Source: Chiloscyllium plagiosum
Lineage: Eukaryota
Length of the DNA stretch: 64,000 nucleotides
NCBI RefSeq assembly: GCF_004010195.1
Contig: NC_057738.1
Span: 8,202,056-8,266,055, forward strand
Direction of reading: 5' to 3'
The notes under the pieces are model-generated. The model did not search any database and had not been told where the DNA came from. It was given only the letters and a program-made list of their open reading frames with translations. This document shows, piece after piece, positions 59,589 to 64,000 of the stretch (position 1 is the stretch's first letter; each line of letters begins with the position of its first letter). A program made the translations under genes and the position numbers.

Positions 59589-60964
59589 CTTTGAATATAA
59601 AATGTAACACAATGAAGTAATTAAAGCACTTAAATGAGCTATTCTTGAAATAAATTAGGGAGGAGAAGAAAGTTTCTCCCTAGTCTCCTCACGTTTTCAA
59701 ACAACTGAAGCAAACGATAGTGAAATTCACATCTAAAGAACTTCCTCTAATGCCTCTGGTCATTGCACCTTCTCTATTAATTTCACCAATACTCTCAAAT
59801 TATAAATGCAAAACTACCCGCAATAATAATAATAAAAGGGTGGTTTGCAACACCTACAGGCATTATATAATACTTTTGATGTCGTAAACATCCCAAGGCA
59901 GATCAAATTAAGGTTGGCAGTGAGCCAACAAAGTGACTTTTGGACAGGTGGCTAAAGAGAGAGTAGGGTTTTAAGCAGCATCTTAAAGGTGGAAGGGCAC
60001 AGAGATTTGGGAACATATTTCCTGGTTTTCAATATTAAAACACAAGGGATTATTTGTAATGTCAATGCCAGTTAATATCTTCACAACTAATTGGTGATAA
60101 GTCTGTTACATTAATCTTTAATAATATTCACCAGCATCAGGAGGCATTAGGCCTTCACAACAGTTTCCTACAGGTCAAGGGATTTAGTAGTATTTCTTTC
60201 AGCAGAAGAATCCTCTGAAATCAACTGCTCTGTCAGAAAATGGTTGACCTTTCAAATGGGTAAAGAGTAGCTGTGTTTGCTAAGTCTAGTGAAATTATGA
60301 ACATTCATGTTGAATATACTGATGATTTAATTATACGTGGAGTTACCAAAGCAATTTTCTTGTTTTGGTGATCTGTATCCATCAACACATCACAGCTCTA
60401 TTTATCATTGGCTGCATCCCTTTATGAAGTCCTTTGATTGGCCTAAGGACCAGAAGGAAAATAATTGACATTTTCTGAGAATTCCATTGACTATTCCAGA
60501 GTGAAAATGTTTACAAAATGCGAGTGCGATTCCTAGTTAGTGCCAGAATAAAACTCTGAGTAGTTACAATGTAATTTGATGTTAAATACAAAATTGGTAC
60601 AATACTAAAGGTTATTTCATTTAAGAACCAGTATACATTTAGTCTTGGATTAGTGTGTGTCGTTATCATCAGCATTGGATTAAATCAGCAAGATTTTGAT
60701 TATTTGAATAGATGTTTGAAAGTTGCAAGTTAGCATTTATTTATGTCAGTAAGCTTCTTAATTTTTGATTTTTATTTTGCCCATTAATTGCATGTGGTAC
60801 TATTTTCTTCATTGCCTAATATTCTACACCAGTCTCAATACCCTAGTTACTCCTCTAACCTCCTATGTACTATTCTAGACTCTACGTACTCATATATGGT
60901 GCTAGCTCTGAGTCCACAGTGTTCTGCTGTAGACTGTGAATCCAGTCTTTTGCCCCAGTCTCTA

Positions 60965-61165
60965 AATAAAAATCAGAAGAACTGCTGTTGCAGAAAGAAA
61001 AATAGAGATTGCTGGAAAAGCTCAGCAGGTCTGGCAGCAATATAGAGAGAAATCAGTGTTAACACTTCAGGACAAGTGGCCCTTCCTAGAACAGTTGACC
61101 TAAAATGTTAACTCTGATTTCTCTCCACAGACCTGCGGAGCATTTCCAGCGATCTCTATTTTGGT
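60965..61165. mobile_element. Older Penelope pLTR fold-back
   Basis: AAAATAGAGATTGCTGGAAA ... TTTCCAGCGATCTCTATTTT inverted arms with decayed hammerhead halves. Confidence 0.7.
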
Positions 61166-61519
61166 TGCTCCAATCTCTACTGTACTGCAACAGCTCCAAG
61201 TAATAATCTGCTACATTCTCTTGAGTTAAGACAATGCCTTCAATATGTTACCTCAGCTCTTAGTTCCCATGTGCTACACCTGGTTTTGATCCTCAATATT
61301 CTTCTCTAGCCTCTGACTCACAGATACTTAGCTTCTTCTGTGTTCCTTCTTAAAACCAGAAAAAGCTGAAAAGAGCAGATTAAATTTAATGCAGACAAGT
61401 GTAAGGTGATACATTTTTGGAGGACCTGTGATTCATGTACATTGATCTTTGAATCTGGCAGGACCTACTAAGGAAGAGATTAGCAAAGTTTATGAGATCT
61501 TCATAAATTGAAGTACTGA

Positions 61520-62220
61520 GTGCACTACAATCTGTCTTCTGAAACCCCCCTCCCTGGCTCCTCCAAGCTGATGTCTAACAACAAATGTGAGGAGCTCATG
61601 GATTTCTTGTCATGAAGAATAAGACCATCCAACCAGTTCCCATTGTCACTTCACTTTTTCTTCCAGGTCACTTCCTCTAAACCTTTGCCCCCTGCCATGG
61701 CCCTGATATCACAACATCCTGTCATTTATTTTCTGGGTCTTCTGTGTAGTCTCTAAGCTTTATTTGGGACCCAACTCCTGCTCCATTGACCATATTCCAG
61801 CAATACTGTTGAGCATCTAGCCTCTCTACCTGGCCCCCTGTAAACTAATATTGTTAAAAGTTCTCTTTTTCAGACATTGCTCACCTCTCCTTCAAAGAGA
61901 TTTTCTCCCCCTTCCCTAAAGAAAACCTAATTCTCGACTTCTCTGCCCGGCAAAATATTGCCTCATCTCCAATCTCCTTTTCCTCTTCAACATGTTGTCA
62001 AATTTAAAATCAGTTCAACTCTTTCCCAATGTTCCATGTCTGAATTGTCATAATTCAGTTTCTTCCTCTGCCACAGTATGAAAATGAGTCACATCAAAAT
62101 CCCAAGTTGTACCTTATGTGACTGTGACAAAGTAAACTACCTTTGTGCTGGTTCACCTGACTAGAACCATTGACATAAATGACCATGACATACTCCTCCA
62201 TTATCACTCCATTGTCATCC
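61520..62220 (+). mobile_element. L2-like LINE RT remnant
   Basis: Degenerate PTSCSLDPIP, NYRPISNL, FRxxHSTE and DLxxAFDxxDHxIL-like motifs. Confidence 0.6.
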
Positions 62221-62299
62221 TGTCATCCAATGGGGAGGGGGGAGGTGTAATGCATATTACAAGGATGCAAACAAGGACAAATGTAAACCTTGCTCCACC

Positions 62300-62575
62300 A
62301 AGTAATAATGTCAGGACTGATCTAATTTAACCTCAACTCTACTTTTCTGGATCTCCCTGCTAACTTTTCCAACCCTTGGTAATCAGGAATTTTCCATTCC
62401 AGCCTTAAAAATATTGAAAGGCCACTGCCTTTTGACGAAGGGATTTCCAAACACTCAACACCCTCTCAGTGAAAAAAAAATTCTTCATCTTGGTCTTAAA
62501 TGAGCAATCCCTTCTTTTCAACCTATGACCCCAACTCCTAGATTCTCCCACAAGAGAAAACATGCTTTTGACATC
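62300..62575 (-). mobile_element. Old CR1 3' remnant
   Basis: MFSLVGESRSWGHRLKRR..NFFFTERVLSVWKSL. Confidence 0.75.
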
Positions 62576-63779
62576 GCCGGCTTCAGGGCGCACTGTATGG
62601 GTAAGGAGGTGAAGGGGACCAATGCTGTGAATGTAGGCTGGAGCATGTGATGCAGAGGGAACACGATGCATGGGATATGGTGTGCTGCAGGAGGGAAGAT
62701 AGATGATAGGCATGGCCTTGACAGACAGCAGTGCAGCATGCTGGAGGGTATCATCAAATGTTAGTCATGGGCTCACGGGTAGACAAGATATTGGAGTCTC
62801 AATTTGAGGTGATAGTGAGGACACCCAGGGTTTCAGTTGAGATGCATATGGTTTGGGGAGAGGGGGATATGATGACAAGGCTGAGCCTGGTACTCACAGT
62901 GTCCAGCATGACCTGTGCTGCCGTCTATGATCTGTGGATTGCTAAAAAGAGACTTGCAAATAGAAAATGGCTGCAAACACACTCAGTTCTGTGGAATGGG
63001 AGATTTTTCAAGTACCAATTGTATCAATTATGCACGTGCAAAGTGAAGGTTCACACTAGTTTCATTGATATCATGTGTGCATGTGAAACGCATGCAGAAT
63101 GTAAGTATTTAGGGTGCAAACGCAGGTCACAGGCAATGTTCACTATGTCCTTGGTTCTTGAAAATCGCAGATAGACACCACCATGCAGCATAACTATCAC
63201 AGACAACCTTAAAAGAGGCCCCTGTAGCCCACAATCAACATAATTAATGCAAAACCTATAAAGGTGTAAATATGATTCCTCAGCTGTAAGCAAAATGTAA
63301 GAACCCCCATTATGCAATGATGCCTTTCATGAGTGATGTGATGCTGGGGAGAGGGGTTCAATGCTCATGCAGCATTTATACTCTGTTATTATCTCTTTGC
63401 TACATGAGCAGTAGAACATTTGCCAAACTAAAATCCTATGTAGAACTATCAAAAATCTGTTATTCGACAACTCTCCCTATTGGAATGCAACATGTTTCAT
63501 TCTATGGAGAACCACTGGCTCTCATTTGTACGGGATGCGATGCTGATTATTCTCATTGGTACAAACCTGTTCTGTTCCAAATGTTCACGGCACAGATTTA
63601 CTGTAGGCATGACTGATGGACCCTGCCATAGCAGGAGTTATTATTGCAATTGCTGCCATGCAACAACAGTGAAGGGAGATGAAAGAGCAACAAACGGGCC
63701 AGCATGCCCTGGACCGGCAGCAATCTACAAGGAAAACTGAACAGCATCCACCACATGAGGAGGTCCAGAGTCAGAGACA

Positions 63780-64000
63780 GAGGAGGGCCTCAAGACATTT
63801 CCTCCAGATGAGTGAGCTGCAATGTCAGCGCAGGCTAAGGATGAGCGGGGAACTCTGACCGAACTATCACAGATGCTGGAGTGGGCTCTACAACCTGAAG
63901 TACTGGGTGGCCATCCTATTCTGTTTGCTGAAAAGGTCACAGCTACATTGACTTTCTATGTGACTGGGGACGTCGGTGGGAAGTCTCAATTGTCCACCCA
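63780..64000 (+). mobile_element. Harbinger (HARBI1-like) transposase remnant, continuing past the window end
   Basis: HFLQMSELQCQRRLRMS..TELSQMLEWALQPEVLGGHPILFAEKVTATLTFY; the element probably extends left to ~62580. Confidence 0.8.

Noticed and set aside
1-64000. ORF-track entries as independent protein-coding genes or a prokaryote-style operon/defence system
   Set aside because: The DNA is vertebrate repeat-rich sequence; the recognisable ORFs are TE fragments or their antisense frames, and the rest are short and lack domains.

Overview
Eukaryotic, AT-rich, repeat-dominated genomic DNA. HE1-type tRNA-derived SINEs and HER1/CR1 LINE tails point to an elasmobranch, most likely a shark (inference). 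There is no intact cellular gene, RNA gene, CRISPR array or prokaryotic system, and nearly all ORF-track entries are decayed TE fragments or their antisense frames. Elements seen: many CR1 copies of different ages, including one young copy with an open RT ORF; a 4.1 kb L1 with its 5' end, a TSD and an internal RT deletion; a complete 2.2 kb hAT (Buster/SPIN-like) element with a perfect 8-bp TSD; Harbinger, Gypsy, L2 and Tigger-MITE remnants; and solo LTRs. The most notable pattern is a dense family of Penelope-derived short insertions, often fold-back, with 14-17 bp TSDs and minimal type I hammerhead ribozyme motifs (CTGA-N-GA..GAAACGTC). A few weakly supported minus-strand exon candidates suggest the window may be intronic to a large unidentified gene. 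There is also one plus-strand site resembling a recursive splice site. All calls are by eye; no database search was run.
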